From: Blastocatellia bacterium
GTDB taxonomy: Bacteria; Acidobacteriota; Blastocatellia; UBA7656
Assembly (NCBI GenBank): GCA_035575515.1
Contig: DATLXU010000127.1
Span: 97,356-161,355 of the forward strand
DNA length: 64,000 nt
Direction: 5' to 3'
Under the pieces are notes generated by a model, which had not been told where the DNA came from, made no database searches, and saw only the letters and a list, made by a program, of their open reading frames with translations. Position numbers and translations under genes: made by a program. Each line of letters begins with the position of its first letter. Within the stretch, counting starts at the first letter, position 1. Positions 53,003 through 63,717 of the stretch are shown here, piece after piece.

Positions 53003-53611
53003 TCAAAGGGCGCCTTCTTTTACGAATCGCTCAAAGTCGCTGATCGTCTTCACGCCACGATCAAAAACCGCGCGATAGATCATGTCGCTCGTGATTGTGT
53101 CACGGTACTCGGGCCGCCGCCAGTAAGCCTCTTTGATTGCAAGAATGATGGCTCTGCTCTCCGGCGTTAGCTTTTCGCGCATATTAAAGCAGTAAGCCGC
53201 GTGCTCGTCGTAGCCCGCCTGATCTAAAAACCACAGATCAATTTTCCATGCGCATTGTCGCGCGTCTCCCAGCCGGATTCCCCAGTATAGCCCGTTAGGC
53301 TCGCCGCCGACGTTGTTTGTAAAACGCGATTTCACAGCGCCGAGTCGCCGGGTCAGTTCATAAGCGATTTCAAAACATCGTTTCAAATCGCGCGCCGGGT
53401 CGAGAACGTACATATTGAGGTCGCGCCAGCACATAAGGTCATAGCTGTAGCTGCCGCCGATGAACCATCTCGCGTAGGGGGCCAGCAATTCCGCTAGCCT
53501 GCAATCGGCAATTAATCGGTCTGCCTCTTTCTTCAATTCTTCGTTTTTCATATCAGAGAAAGACGATTTGTTCTCCTCGCCATAGCAGGACGTAAGAAGC
53601 TCAGGAAGCAA
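53003..53611 (-). CDS. Hypothetical protein, possibly a minimal nucleotidyltransferase fold
   Basis: GGSYSYDL...RDLNMYV resembles the G[GS]x-D.D NTase motif; lower-GC gene. Confidence 0.3.
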   Translation of the reverse strand: MLPELLTSCYGEENKSSFSDMKNEELKKEADRLIADCRLAELLAPYARWFIGGSYSYDLMCWRDLNMYVLDPARDLKRCFEIAYELTRRLGAVKSRFTNNVGGEPNGLYWGIRLGDARQCAWKIDLWFLDQAGYDEHAAYCFNMREKLTPESRAIILAIKEAYWRRPEYRDTITSDMIYRAVFDRGVKTISDFERFVKEGAL

Positions 53612-53713
53612 ATCGTTTTCAGTCCCATTTTGATAACGTATTGATGAATCGCATCTGACACATTACGAACTGCGTTGCAATCTCGTATTGAACCTCAGCT
53701 ATAATCTTCAGGC

Positions 53714-54106
53714 ATGAGAATACCTTTCGACAAATGGCCGAAGCTTGTTTTCATTTTTGTTCCCGCAGCTATCACGATCATCGCCGCCGCAGTGCTTGCG
53801 GTTGAATACTTCCAACCCGATACGGCGAAAGCCATACGCCTCGTGAAAGAAAGCTCGTCGCGCAAAGAGAACTTCACCGTGCAACAATACCTCTACTCGA
53901 CTCTCTATCATTATAAGAACAATGGCGAAGCGATAGAGATAAACGGATGGCGCGCCGAGCCGTCAACAGACGAGCGCGCTCCGATTGTCGTGGAGTTCAG
54001 CTATACGGACGCAATCGGCCTTCACATCGCCCGATGGGGGGCTGATGTCAAACGCGGCGTTGTGATTCCGCTCAATGAAATAGCAAGCGACCTGTCGTGG
54101 CATTGA
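53714..54106 (+). CDS. Hypothetical membrane-anchored protein
   Basis: N-terminal TM (LVFIFVPAAITIIAAAVLAV), small extracytoplasmic domain. Confidence 0.4.
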   Translation: MRIPFDKWPKLVFIFVPAAITIIAAAVLAVEYFQPDTAKAIRLVKESSSRKENFTVQQYLYSTLYHYKNNGEAIEINGWRAEPSTDERAPIVVEFSYTDAIGLHIARWGADVKRGVVIPLNEIASDLSWH

Positions 54107-54134
54107 GTCTAAACGATGACTCACGTTTGAATCT

Positions 54135-54596
54135 GTGATTAGAAACGAGAAAGCAAAAGATCATTTTGGTCGGTTCACGACGCGTTCGTCTGAAGAGACT
54201 TTCGAGCTTGCGCGACGAATCGGCGAACAACTCAACAGCCGAGCAATCTTTTTGCTTAGCGGCGATCTCGGCGCGGGCAAAACCGTATTCGCAAAAGGAA
54301 TCGCCGCAGGACTCAAGATTGACCCTGTGGATGTCACAAGCCCGTCGTTTACGCTCATCAATGTTCACGAAGGCCGCTTGCGCCTTTATCACATTGACCT
54401 CTACCGGCTAGGCGAAGGCGCGTGCCCTGAGCTTGGGCTTGATGAAATCTTTGAAGATGAAAAAGCAATTACGATAATCGAATGGGCCGAAGCGTTGGGA
54501 TTTACGCCCGAAGGCGCAATTCGAGTCGAGATTCGATACCTTTCAGACACCGACCGCGAAATCAACATTCAACCTCCCGCGAGCGCGGCATCGTAA
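54135..54596 (+). CDS. tsaE: tRNA threonylcarbamoyladenosine biosynthesis protein TsaE
   Basis: P-loop LSGDLGAGKTVFAKG and HIDLYRL motifs. Confidence 0.85.
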   Translation: MIRNEKAKDHFGRFTTRSSEETFELARRIGEQLNSRAIFLLSGDLGAGKTVFAKGIAAGLKIDPVDVTSPSFTLINVHEGRLRLYHIDLYRLGEGACPELGLDEIFEDEKAITIIEWAEALGFTPEGAIRVEIRYLSDTDREINIQPPASAAS

Positions 54597-54742
54597 TTGC
54601 GATAAGAGTTCTCAGACACAAACCGGATGATTGTGAGCGCGCCTAAATTCTGGCAATCGGGCGCGTAACACGCAGTCTCGTATCGTTTCCGAACTTCAAT
54701 GTTCTTCGATAGAGCAAAGGCTCGTGCCGGCGGTGTAACGAT

Positions 54743-55702
54743 ATGGCAGCGCTTAAAGACAAGATCACGAACGCGCTCAACGAAGCGCGCATACTGATAC
54801 TGGGCGCGCACGTTCTGCTCGGCTTTCAGTTCCGCTCCGTCTTTGAACAAGGCTTCGAGTCGCTGCCCGAACACACAAAGTCTCTCAAGCTCGCAGCGCT
54901 CGCGTTGATGATAATCGCAGTCGCCCTGCTTATGACGCCGAGCGCGTATCACAGAATTGCTAATGAAGGCGAAGATACTAAAGATATGCATTCCATCACA
55001 TCGGTCTTTATAACGCTGGCGCTGATGCCTTTCGCGCTGGGGCTGGGCATAGACTTTTTCGTTGCGACAGAAAAACTCTTTGGCACAGCCATCGGCGCAA
55101 TGTCGGGCGTGGCGGCCAGCCTCGTCGCGCTGTTTTTCTGGTATGGACTTGAACTATTTGCTAAGGGAAAACCCGCGCGCAAGGGGGAGCAGTCAATGAG
55201 CAAGAAAGAGCAAGCATCAACCGGGACCAGGCTCAAAGACAAGATAAAGCATGTGCTTACTGAGGCAAGGACAGTGCTGCCTGGCGCTCAGGCGCTGCTG
55301 GGATTTCAATTCGCCACGATGCTTGTCGAGAGCTTCGACAAGCTGCCCGATTCGTCAAAATACATCCATCTGGCGAGCCTCGCGCTCGTGGCGTTGAGCA
55401 CAGTGTTGCTGATGACTCCTGCGGCTTATCATCGCATCGTTGAAGAGGGCGAGGACACAAAACACTTCCACAACTTTTCGAGTCGCGTGCTGTTAGCGGC
55501 CATGATCCCGCTCGCTTTAGGCATCTGCGGGGATTTCTTTGTCGTTGCGCGCAAGATCAGCGATTCGGTCTCTTTCTCTTTGATCGCTTCAATAGTTTTG
55601 ATGGCTATATTCTTCGGCCTGTGGTTCGGCTTCACTGCATATCGCAGAGAGCAGCGCGAAGAAATTCTCGAACGGCACAGGCGACAGGAGGCGGCGGATT
55701 GA
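54743..55702 (+). CDS. Membrane protein made of two ~150-aa internal repeats
   Basis: Both halves share LKDKI..L.EAR..LPGAQ.LLGFQF...LP...K...LA.LAL...LLMTP.AYHRI.EGEDTK...ALG...DFFV. Confidence 0.6.
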   Translation: MAALKDKITNALNEARILILGAHVLLGFQFRSVFEQGFESLPEHTKSLKLAALALMIIAVALLMTPSAYHRIANEGEDTKDMHSITSVFITLALMPFALGLGIDFFVATEKLFGTAIGAMSGVAASLVALFFWYGLELFAKGKPARKGEQSMSKKEQASTGTRLKDKIKHVLTEARTVLPGAQALLGFQFATMLVESFDKLPDSSKYIHLASLALVALSTVLLMTPAAYHRIVEEGEDTKHFHNFSSRVLLAAMIPLALGICGDFFVVARKISDSVSFSLIASIVLMAIFFGLWFGFTAYRREQREEILERHRRQEAAD

Positions 55703-55808
55703 AGAAGGCAGAAGTAAAAACGCAAAAGGTAAAGTTTAGGAGAAGCGTAGAAATCAAAGTGTATCCTCGCTTCCCACTTTTACCTATTGCATTTTTACTT
55801 CTGCCTTA

Positions 55809-56369
55809 TCAAACCGTCATCACTTCTTTTTCTTTGTGCTCTGAAAGCTCGTTGATTCGAGCAATGTGCTGGTCGGTAAGTTTTTGAATCTGATCGAGAC
55901 CGTCTTTTTCAACGTCTTCGGAAATCTCTTTGTCCTTGAGCATCTTCTTGAGGTGATCGTTCGCGTCGCGGCGGATGTTGCGAACCGCAGTGCGATGCTC
56001 TTCCGCAATCTCGTGAACGACTTTCACCATCTGCTTGCGGCGCTCTTCGGTGAGCGGTGGAATCGGCACGCGGATCAGCTTGCCGTCATTTGAAGGATTA
56101 AGCCCAAGCTCGGAAGCGCGAATCGCTTTTTCGATGTTGCCGAGTTGCGTCGGATCAAAAGGCTGAACGGTCAGCAGCGTCGCTTCCGGCGCGTGAATAG
56201 TCGCAACCTGATTGAGCGGCATCTCCGTGCCGTAGTATTCAACCGTCACGTTGTCGAGCAGGCTCACCGATGCCCGTCCTGTTCGCACAGCCGCAAGCTT
56301 TTTTCTCACATCATCAACCGCAGCGTCCATCCGCCTGCGCGCGTCGTTGATTATCTCTTTGACTTCCAT
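55809..56369 (-). CDS. frr: Ribosome recycling factor
   Basis: Full-length RRF signature ([11 protein letters not shown]...[13 protein letters not shown]). Confidence 0.92.
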   Translation of the reverse strand: MEVKEIINDARRRMDAAVDDVRKKLAAVRTGRASVSLLDNVTVEYYGTEMPLNQVATIHAPEATLLTVQPFDPTQLGNIEKAIRASELGLNPSNDGKLIRVPIPPLTEERRKQMVKVVHEIAEEHRTAVRNIRRDANDHLKKMLKDKEISEDVEKDGLDQIQKLTDQHIARINELSEHKEKEVMTV

Positions 56370-56479
56370 TCAACTCCTCCACCATTTCGATTTTCGATTT
56401 TGGATTGCGTAGATTGGATTCCCAGATGAACGCGAGTATGACGCTCCTTCAATCCAAAATCCAGCACTAAAATCCAGAA
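56370..56479. repeat. Intergenic heptamer-repeat palindrome (cgatttt/ggattgc)n ... (caatcca/aaatcca)n
   Basis: cgattttcgattttggattgcgtagattggattcc ... caatccaaaatccagcactaaaatccag between pyrH and frr. Confidence 0.7.
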
Positions 56480-57241
56480 TCAGGAAGGTTGCGCAGCCGA
56501 CTCCAGGAGAGATTCGTCAGCGCACACGACCGAGCCGACTCTTTCGCCGCGCACGACGCGGGCGATGTTGCCGTGCTTGTAGAGATTGAAAACGTGAATC
56601 GGTATGCCTCGCTCGCGGCACAGGCTGATTGCTGACGTATCCATCACCTGAAGGTCGCGCTGAATCACGTCCAGGTAAGTTAATCTCTCAAGCATCGTCG
56701 CCGTTTCGTCCTTCGTCGGGTCGGCGGTGTAAATGCCTTCGACTTTCGTGGCCTTGAGTATGGCATCGGCGCGAATCTCAAGCGCGCGAAGCGCGGCAGC
56801 CGAATCCGTTGTGAAATATGGATTGCCCGTGCCTGCTGCGAATATGACGACGCGCCCCTTTTCGACGTGGCGAATGGCGCGGCGGCGGATGAACGGCTCG
56901 GCTATCTTGTTCATTTCGATTGCAGACATGACGCGCGTGAAGACGCCCTGCTTTTCGAGCGCGTCCTGAAGCGCCAGCGCATTAATCACAGTCGCAAGCA
57001 TCCCCATCGAATCAGCCGATGCGCGGTCCATTCCTTTGGCCGACAGCGCGACCCCGCGAAAGATGTTCCCTCCGCCGACAACTATCGCAACCTCGACGCC
57101 AAGATCGTGAACGTCTTTGATCTCTTGAGCGATGCGCGTAATGGTCGCAGGGTCAATGCCGTAACCTTGATCGCCCATCAGCGCTTCGCCCGACAGCTTC
57201 AGCAGTATTCGCTTGTAAACCGGTTTTTGATCCGCAGACAT
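56480..57241 (-). CDS. pyrH: UMP kinase
   Basis: [11 protein letters not shown]...[10 protein letters not shown] signature. Confidence 0.92.
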   Translation of the reverse strand: MSADQKPVYKRILLKLSGEALMGDQGYGIDPATITRIAQEIKDVHDLGVEVAIVVGGGNIFRGVALSAKGMDRASADSMGMLATVINALALQDALEKQGVFTRVMSAIEMNKIAEPFIRRRAIRHVEKGRVVIFAAGTGNPYFTTDSAAALRALEIRADAILKATKVEGIYTADPTKDETATMLERLTYLDVIQRDLQVMDTSAISLCRERGIPIHVFNLYKHGNIARVVRGERVGSVVCADESLLESAAQPS

Positions 57242-57342
57242 AAATAGCTATCAGCTTTCAGCCATCAGCTTTCAGCAAGAAGTTTAATTAGTCTGCAATC
57301 AGGCTTTCAATAACTCTTCTGGTTGCTGACCGCTGAATGCTG

Positions 57343-57378
57343 GTGGCAATAATAAAAAAGCCTCTCTTGCGAGAGGCT
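57343..57378 (-). terminator. Rho-independent terminator downstream of tsf
   Basis: Minus strand: agaagcctctcgcaagagaggc hairpin followed by ttttttattatt. Confidence 0.7.
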
Positions 57379-57389
57379 TCTGTAGCTCG

Positions 57390-58061
57390 TTACTTGTTGC
57401 CGCCGAGCAGGTCTTGAACTTCGGCTCCGAGATCGGTGCTGCGTTTCTCCAGACCTTCGCCCATTTTGAAGCGAACGAAGCGGCGCACCTTGATGTTCTC
57501 GCCTGTCTTCGAGATCATCTGATTCACAAGATCGCCTACGGTAATGTTCTGGTCTTTCACGAAGGGCTGCTCCATCAGGCAAGTCTCCTGATAGAACTTG
57601 CTCAAGCGGCCTTCGACTATTTTATCGAGCACCTGCTGAGGCTTGTTAACGTTTTTCGGATCATTCTTCGCCTGCTCAAGCGCTATCTCGCGCTCTTTAG
57701 CAAGCACGTCTTCCGGCACGTCTTCTTTGGTGACATAGCGAGGCTCCGCCGCCGTCACGTGCATTGCGAGGTCGTGAACGAAGCGACGGAAATCATCCGT
57801 GCGCGCGACGAAATCCGATTCGCAATTGACTTCAATCAGCACGCCGACTTTTCCGCCCGCGTGTATGTATGAATCAACAAGCCCTTCGGCTGCGATGCGG
57901 CCCGATTTCTTGGTTGCCGTCGCAAGCCCTCGCTTGCGCAAAATCTCAATGGCTTTCTCTTCGTTGCCGCCGGCTTCGGTGAGAGCAGACTTGCACTCCA
58001 TCATTCCCGCGCCGGTCTTCTCTCTAAGAGCTTTGATTGCTGCTGGTGTTATTGTTCCCAT
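57390..58061 (-). CDS. tsf: Elongation factor Ts (short form)
   Basis: [30 protein letters not shown]-like N-terminus. Confidence 0.9.
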   Translation of the reverse strand: MGTITPAAIKALREKTGAGMMECKSALTEAGGNEEKAIEILRKRGLATATKKSGRIAAEGLVDSYIHAGGKVGVLIEVNCESDFVARTDDFRRFVHDLAMHVTAAEPRYVTKEDVPEDVLAKEREIALEQAKNDPKNVNKPQQVLDKIVEGRLSKFYQETCLMEQPFVKDQNITVGDLVNQMISKTGENIKVRRFVRFKMGEGLEKRSTDLGAEVQDLLGGNK

Positions 58062-58069
58062 TACTGCTT

Positions 58070-58173
58070 GATCTCCCTATTGCAAGGGATGAGGGATGAA
58101 GGATGAAAAGGATGAATCAGAGAACTAAGGCTTCTCCGTTTCATCCCTCATCCCTCATCCCTCATCCTTAGAT
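58070..58173. repeat. Intergenic heptamer-repeat palindrome (gggatga)n ... (ctcatcc)n
   Basis: agggatgagggatgaaggatgaaaaggatgaa ... tttcatccctcatccctcatccctcatcc between rpsB and tsf. Confidence 0.8.
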
Positions 58174-59361
58174 TTATTCTGCTTCCGCTTTCTCTGCTTT
58201 CGGAGCGTCTTCTGCCGGAGCGGGAGCCATCTGGCCCGGCGTCGCCTCGGCGCCAGAGGGTGACTGCTCGCCTTCGCGCCCGAAGGCCCCCGGCACGTGC
58301 TGCGCCGCAGGCACAGTCTCTGCCGGTACGCTTTCACGTTCAGCGTCAAACGATTCGTGATGGCCGCGATGGCCCGGCTGCGACATCTGAACATCCGACT
58401 GCGTCACGGTTGCGGCCAAGTCTGCGCCTGACGGAGCGGCGGCTCCGGTCTCAGGCGGGACAGGAGCGAGCGGCTCCGGGATAGGAGGCGCTCCGGGCGG
58501 CACGTAAGTCGTGCGACGGCGCTCGCCGCGCTTGCGACCGCCGCGCTCGCGTCGTTCACCGCGCTCAGGTCTTTCGGCGCGCGGCGCGGCTTCCGCCCCG
58601 GCTGCTGCGGCAGCGACTTCGGCGCCTTCTGCAGCCTCGCCGATTTCAGCCGCGCCCTCTTTCATCATCTGCTGGCCTTCGATTATCGCGTCGGCCATCT
58701 TCGCCGCGAAAAGTCTCACGGCGCGAAGCGCGTCGTCGTTGCCGGGCACGATGTAATCAATGCCGTCAGGATTGCAGTTCGTGTCAACTATCGCCACGGT
58801 CGTGATGCCGAGCTTGTTGGCTTCGCGGACCGCGATCTCTTCTTTGTTGGAATCAATAATGAAGATCACGTCGGGCAATCGCTTCATGTCGCGAATGCCT
58901 GCGAGGTTCTTCTCAAGTGAAGCGTGCTCGCGCTCAAGGTGCAACCGCTCTTTCTTGGTGAGCGTATCGAAGCGGCCATCGGTTCTCATGGCCTCGATGT
59001 CTTTCATCCGCTGGATTGATTTTTGAACCGTCTGGAAGTTCGTGAGCAGCCCGCCGAGCCACCGCTGATTGACGTAGAACTGACCGCAGCGTTTCGCTTC
59101 TTCTTCGACTGCATCCTGCGCCTGCCGCTTTGTGCCTACGAAGAGGAAGCTCGCGCCTTCCATCGCTTTCTGCGTTACAAATTTGACTGCTTCTTTGAAA
59201 AGCCGCTGGGTCTTCTGAAGATCAATTATGTAGATTCCGTTGCGCTCGCCGAAGATGTACTCTTTCATCTTCGGATTCCACCGCTTGACCTGGTGCCCGA
59301 AATGAACGCCAGCCTCAAGCAGTTCTTTCATTGTTACGGTAGCCAATCGTTCCTCCTTCAA
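58174..59361 (-). CDS. rpsB: 30S ribosomal protein S2 with a long Ala/Pro/Glu-rich C-terminal extension
   Basis: [11 protein letters not shown]...RWNPKM S2 signature; ~140 aa low-complexity acidic tail. Confidence 0.9.
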   Translation of the reverse strand: MKEERLATVTMKELLEAGVHFGHQVKRWNPKMKEYIFGERNGIYIIDLQKTQRLFKEAVKFVTQKAMEGASFLFVGTKRQAQDAVEEEAKRCGQFYVNQRWLGGLLTNFQTVQKSIQRMKDIEAMRTDGRFDTLTKKERLHLEREHASLEKNLAGIRDMKRLPDVIFIIDSNKEEIAVREANKLGITTVAIVDTNCNPDGIDYIVPGNDDALRAVRLFAAKMADAIIEGQQMMKEGAAEIGEAAEGAEVAAAAAGAEAAPRAERPERGERRERGGRKRGERRRTTYVPPGAPPIPEPLAPVPPETGAAAPSGADLAATVTQSDVQMSQPGHRGHHESFDAERESVPAETVPAAQHVPGAFGREGEQSPSGAEATPGQMAPAPAEDAPKAEKAEAE

Positions 59362-59496
59362 TGCTGAATTGGTTTATGTACTCACTGGCCCGCGTCCCCT
59401 GATGTCCTGCCGGGACAACCAATCACGAGAGCCAGCAATGGACTATTGGTCATTTGTCTTTCGTCCCTTGTGAAAATAACAAATGACCAAAACGCT

Positions 59497-59892
59497 TTAG
59501 CGTTTTGAAAACTGGAAGCGCTTGCGTGCGCCCTTCTGGCCGTACTTCTTGCGCTCCTTCGCGCGCGGATCGCGCGTGATGAAACCGGCCTTTTTCAGTC
59601 TAACTCTGAATTCAGGGTTGAGGTCCACAAGCGCGCGCGTGATGCCGTGACGCACCGCGCCCGCCTGGCCCGCTATGCCGCCGCCGTCGACGTTTACGAG
59701 TATGTCGAACTTGCCTACTGAATCTGTTAAGTGAAGCGGCTGGCGGATGACCATTCTGTGCACTTCGTTCTTGAAATAGTCCTCGAATTTGCGCTTGTTG
59801 ACAATAATCTCTCCGGTACCGGGCTTGATAAACACGCGCGCCGTTGCGCTCTTGCGGCGGCCCGTTCCGTAATTCTGAATCGCTTCTGCCAC
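59497..59892 (-). CDS. rpsI: 30S ribosomal protein S9
   Basis: [12 protein letters not shown]...[16 protein letters not shown]. Confidence 0.92.
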   Translation of the reverse strand: MAEAIQNYGTGRRKSATARVFIKPGTGEIIVNKRKFEDYFKNEVHRMVIRQPLHLTDSVGKFDILVNVDGGGIAGQAGAVRHGITRALVDLNPEFRVRLKKAGFITRDPRAKERKKYGQKGARKRFQFSKR

Positions 59893-59949
59893 TATCGAAT
59901 CTCCTTCAAATCACACAATCGGCGCTTCGGTGCAGCCGGACTTGTGGTT

Positions 59950-60393
59950 TTACTTCTTTCCGATCTCAAAAACTTCGGGCTGCTGCGCCTGATGCGGGTG
60001 ATCTGTGCCGACATAGACCTTCAGCTTCTTGCCCATCTTGCGACCGAGCTTGTTCTTTGGAAGCATCCCTAAAATTGCCGACTGAAGTATGCGTTCCGGG
60101 TGCTTCTGCAATTGCTTCTGCGCCGTGACCTCTTTGAGTCCGCCGGGCCAGCCCGTGTGATGGCGATAGACTTTGTCCTGCCACTTGTTGCCCGTGAAGA
60201 CCACCTTCTCGGCGTTGATGACGATGACGTGATCGCCGACGTCTAAGAATGGCGTGTAGGTGGGCTTGTTCTTTCCCATCAATAGACGCGCGGCCTCAGT
60301 TGCGAGGCGACCGACGGTTTTGCCGTCCGCGTCAATGATAAACCACTTGCGGTTCTGCTCAAGGTTCTTACCGCTTGGAACGAATGTGCTCAT
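59950..60393 (-). CDS. rplM: 50S ribosomal protein L13; start taken at the internal Met of the 160-aa ORF
   Basis: [17 protein letters not shown]...[14 protein letters not shown]13 signature. Confidence 0.9.
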   Translation of the reverse strand: MSTFVPSGKNLEQNRKWFIIDADGKTVGRLATEAARLLMGKNKPTYTPFLDVGDHVIVINAEKVVFTGNKWQDKVYRHHTGWPGGLKEVTAQKQLQKHPERILQSAILGMLPKNKLGRKMGKKLKVYVGTDHPHQAQQPEVFEIGKK

Positions 60394-60925
60394 GATACGA
60401 ATCTCCAAATTTTTCGTAAAGAAGACGAACAAAAAGAATACGAGATGGGATATACATTGTCAAGGCGCGCATAAAGTTAAAAATCATGGCTTATTTGCGC
60501 TCGCGCGATGAATAAAAAATGGCTGCGACATAAGAAAGAAGTTGACACGCGAGCGCGGCCTGGTTTATCTTGGGTCATCCGCCAACGCGCGGTTTTGCTA
60601 TTGTTGCTTGCGAAAAATTTTTGAACCTGCAAACGGGCAGCGCGCGTAGTTCATAGAGTCAAGCGGAGAGAGTTTAATGAAAAGCGCACACGAAAAATTC
60701 ATAGCTGATCCGGTCGGCGTTGTCGGCCTGGCTGCGCTTGAAGACTGCCTTGCGCTTTACCCGACGGCGCAGCCCGTCCCGATGCCTTTTACCGGAATGC
60801 AACAGGATACTCGTAACGGACCATAACAATTTTACCAGCGTCAAGCGCGACAGCCGCCAGCGTCAAGTTTGACGTTGGCGGCTTTTGATTTTTACGGCAG
60901 CAATTAGGCTGCAACGGAGCCAATC

Positions 60926-62332
60926 ATGTCATCAGCAACATACGGCGAGCTGATAAAAGGCAATCGCAACTTTCGCAGGCTCTGGACGGGCCAGGTAATA
61001 AGCGAGCTTGGCACCTGGTTTTCCTTCATTGCCGAGCTTGGGCTTATCAGGATGTTTTCAGGCTCGCCGCTCGCAACGACCGCGCTGCTTGTCGCAAGGC
61101 TGCTCCCGTTTCTGATGGTCGCGCCGTTTGCTGGCGTCTTTGTTGACCGCCTTTCTCGCAAACGGATAATGATTGCGACAGATATCATTCGCGCCGCAGT
61201 TGCGCTCCTGTATCTTGCGGCTGCTGCGGCTGGCTCGGTCTGGGCCGTCTGCTTGTGCAGCGCATTGATGTCATCGCTTGCGGTCTTCTTCGAAGCGGCA
61301 AAGAACGCTGCGATGCCGAATCTGGTGGCGCCGCGCGAGCTGCTCACGGCGAACATACTGATGTACTCGACGCGCTTTCTTCAATTCACGCTGGGCGCTG
61401 CGCTCGGCGGAGTCACGGCGGCGCGATTCGGTTACAACATAGCCTTTGTCGTGGATTCGGCATCGTTCGTCGCGTCGGCGCTCTACGTCGCGCTGATACC
61501 TGCTGCGACAATGAAGAGGCAGGCGAAGGCTCAAAGCTCAACGGTTGCCGCAGCCGCTTCATCAGCAAGCGAGTTGCAGGTTGATAAAGAAACGAGCTTA
61601 GTTGATGTGCTTGCTGCTGAAGAAGTGTGCGGCGCGACTGTTCACGCAAGCGAGCAGGTGGTGCAATCGCCCGCGCGATTCACATCGGATTTGCGCGAAG
61701 GGCTTCATTACATCTGGACGACGCCGTTCGTTCGCGGGGTGATACTCGTGAACATCGGATGGGCGATGGGCGGCGGGATGCATAGCGTCCTGTTCGATCA
61801 GATAGGCGGCCACCTCTTCGCTCAAGGCGAGCGAGGCGACTGGAGCGTGGCCATGCTGTTCACGGCAAGCGGCGTAGGTCTCTTTATCGGCATGGCTATG
61901 GCGCGGCGCATTGGCGGATGGATGAGCAAGGAAAGGCGCGCGAGTCATTTTGTCGGCTGGTCGCTCATCGCGCACGGCTTGATCTTTTCAGCGGGCGGAT
62001 TGATGCCGTCGCTGGCGCTCGTCGCGCTGTGCATAGGCATGAGTCGGCTTGTAATCGCAGCCGAGTTCGGCGTGCAGGAGACGATGGTGATGCGCGTGAT
62101 ACCTGACGAGTATCGCGGGCGCGTGTTCACAACGGACCGCGCGCTTGAGCTTGGGATGATGACGATTTCAATGATCATCGGCGGGTGGATGCTCAAAGCG
62201 ATGAGTCCGCTCACGGTGATGATAGTTTCGGGATTGCTATCGGCGATTCCCGGCATTGCGTGGCTGCTTGCGGTGAAGTTTGCGGAGTTCCGCATCCCTG
62301 CGCGGGCGGTGCGCGAAAGCTACGGTGATTAG
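60926..62332 (+). CDS. MFS transporter
   Basis: 12-14 TM helices with MFS-type loop motifs (GVFVDRLSRKR). Confidence 0.8.
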   Translation: MSSATYGELIKGNRNFRRLWTGQVISELGTWFSFIAELGLIRMFSGSPLATTALLVARLLPFLMVAPFAGVFVDRLSRKRIMIATDIIRAAVALLYLAAAAAGSVWAVCLCSALMSSLAVFFEAAKNAAMPNLVAPRELLTANILMYSTRFLQFTLGAALGGVTAARFGYNIAFVVDSASFVASALYVALIPAATMKRQAKAQSSTVAAAASSASELQVDKETSLVDVLAAEEVCGATVHASEQVVQSPARFTSDLREGLHYIWTTPFVRGVILVNIGWAMGGGMHSVLFDQIGGHLFAQGERGDWSVAMLFTASGVGLFIGMAMARRIGGWMSKERRASHFVGWSLIAHGLIFSAGGLMPSLALVALCIGMSRLVIAAEFGVQETMVMRVIPDEYRGRVFTTDRALELGMMTISMIIGGWMLKAMSPLTVMIVSGLLSAIPGIAWLLAVKFAEFRIPARAVRESYGD

Positions 62333-62592
62333 TTGCAAGGAAGGAGACACGGCGAAATTTTGCAGCTTGGATTCGCGCGGAGGAATGACTATGAACTTGC
62401 TCTGGACAATTTTCTTGATGTGCCTGAGCGTAGGGATAGTCGCCGTGTCGCTGCGTCTCAGAGAGCCGCGCAAATCAAGTGCTGATGCGCCGCCGCGGCC
62501 ATAACTTTCTTGCAACCACCGTAGCTTTGAAGTACCATTTTGGCAGGTAACGAAACTGGTCTTTTATTAACCATACAAGGAGGAATATTCCT

Positions 62593-62835
62593 ATGAGCTA
62601 CTCTGAGACCGAAGCGCTCAAGCAGCAGCTTTTGTCGACCGACGCACACTTTGCGGAGCTTGCGCACCAACACAGCGAGTACGAGAAGAGGTTGAGCGAG
62701 CTGGCCGCGCTGCATTATCCGAGCGCTGAGGAACAGATGGAAGAAGCCACGTTGAAAAAGAAGAAGTTATACTTAAAAGACCAGATGGAAGAAATCCTGC
62801 GCAGCTACAAGCAAAAGCAGGCGGCAGGGCATTAA
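62593..62835 (+). CDS. DUF465 (YdcH-like) small coiled-coil protein
   Basis: 80-aa helical protein (HFAELAHQHSEYEKRLSELA...) typical of DUF465. Confidence 0.55.
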   Translation: MSYSETEALKQQLLSTDAHFAELAHQHSEYEKRLSELAALHYPSAEEQMEEATLKKKKLYLKDQMEEILRSYKQKQAAGH

Positions 62836-62939
62836 TTTTTAGAGCGAGAGCCGAAAGCGCGCCATTATAGAAAAGAGAATCGCTGGTTGCCTACGAGCGG
62901 AAAATGTTCGCGCACCCGTTGCGCGCTTGCTGCGCTCGT

Positions 62940-63051
62940 CGTGGGTGACCAGCGCTTTTTATTTTGGATTTTGGATCGAAGAACCATTGTGTTTTTGCCC
63001 GTCCGAAATCCTTTCGTAATCCAAAATTTAAAATCCAAAATCTAAAATCGC
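62940..63051. repeat. Intergenic heptamer-repeat palindrome (attttgg)n ... (aaaatcc)n
   Basis: tattttggattttggatcg ... cgtaatccaaaatttaaaatccaaaatctaaaatcg upstream of psd. Confidence 0.7.
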
Positions 63052-63672
63052 ATGGCAAAAGAAGGCATCCCATTCATTATTCTATTTATAATCCCGGCGG
63101 CAATCTTTGCTGCGCTCGGATGGTGGATTGCTGCGGGCATATGCTTCGCGCTCGCTGCGTTTATGGCCTTCTTCTTCCGCGACCCTGAGCGTAACTGCCC
63201 GACCGATGAAGCTTTGATTCTCTCTCCGGCGGATGGCCGCGTCGTCGTTGTCGCTCCGCTTGAGCCTGACGCGAAAGATTCTCCCACGCAGATTTCGATA
63301 TTTCTTTCGCCGATGGATGTTCACATCAACCGCTCGCCGATTGCGGGCGAGATAGTTGACTTCGTTCACAAGCCGGGCGCATTTCACATCGCGTCGCGCG
63401 ACATTGCATCTGTAGAGAACGAGCAGAACATCGCCACGATTCGCGGGCGATTCGTCACCGTTCAGATTCGCCAGATTGCGGGCGTGCTGGCCCGCCGCGT
63501 CGTCTTCTGGAAAAAGATAGGCGACCGAGTTCAGGCGGGCGAGCGCGTCGGGCTGATGAAATTCGGCTCGCGCATGGACGTTTTAGTGCCTGCGGAAGTC
63601 GAAGTGCTTGCGCGCAAAGGCGACCGCGTCACGGGCGGCATCACGGTGATAGCTCGCGTGCGCTGCGATTGA
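63052..63672 (+). CDS. psd: Phosphatidylserine decarboxylase proenzyme (short form)
   Basis: N-terminal TM helices; FLSPMDVH; self-cleavage LMKFGS-R site. Confidence 0.85.
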   Translation: MAKEGIPFIILFIIPAAIFAALGWWIAAGICFALAAFMAFFFRDPERNCPTDEALILSPADGRVVVVAPLEPDAKDSPTQISIFLSPMDVHINRSPIAGEIVDFVHKPGAFHIASRDIASVENEQNIATIRGRFVTVQIRQIAGVLARRVVFWKKIGDRVQAGERVGLMKFGSRMDVLVPAEVEVLARKGDRVTGGITVIARVRCD

Positions 63673-63717
63673 CTTCCATGCATTCCGGCGAGTCTAATGC
63701 TTTCATGGGAGAAAGCG

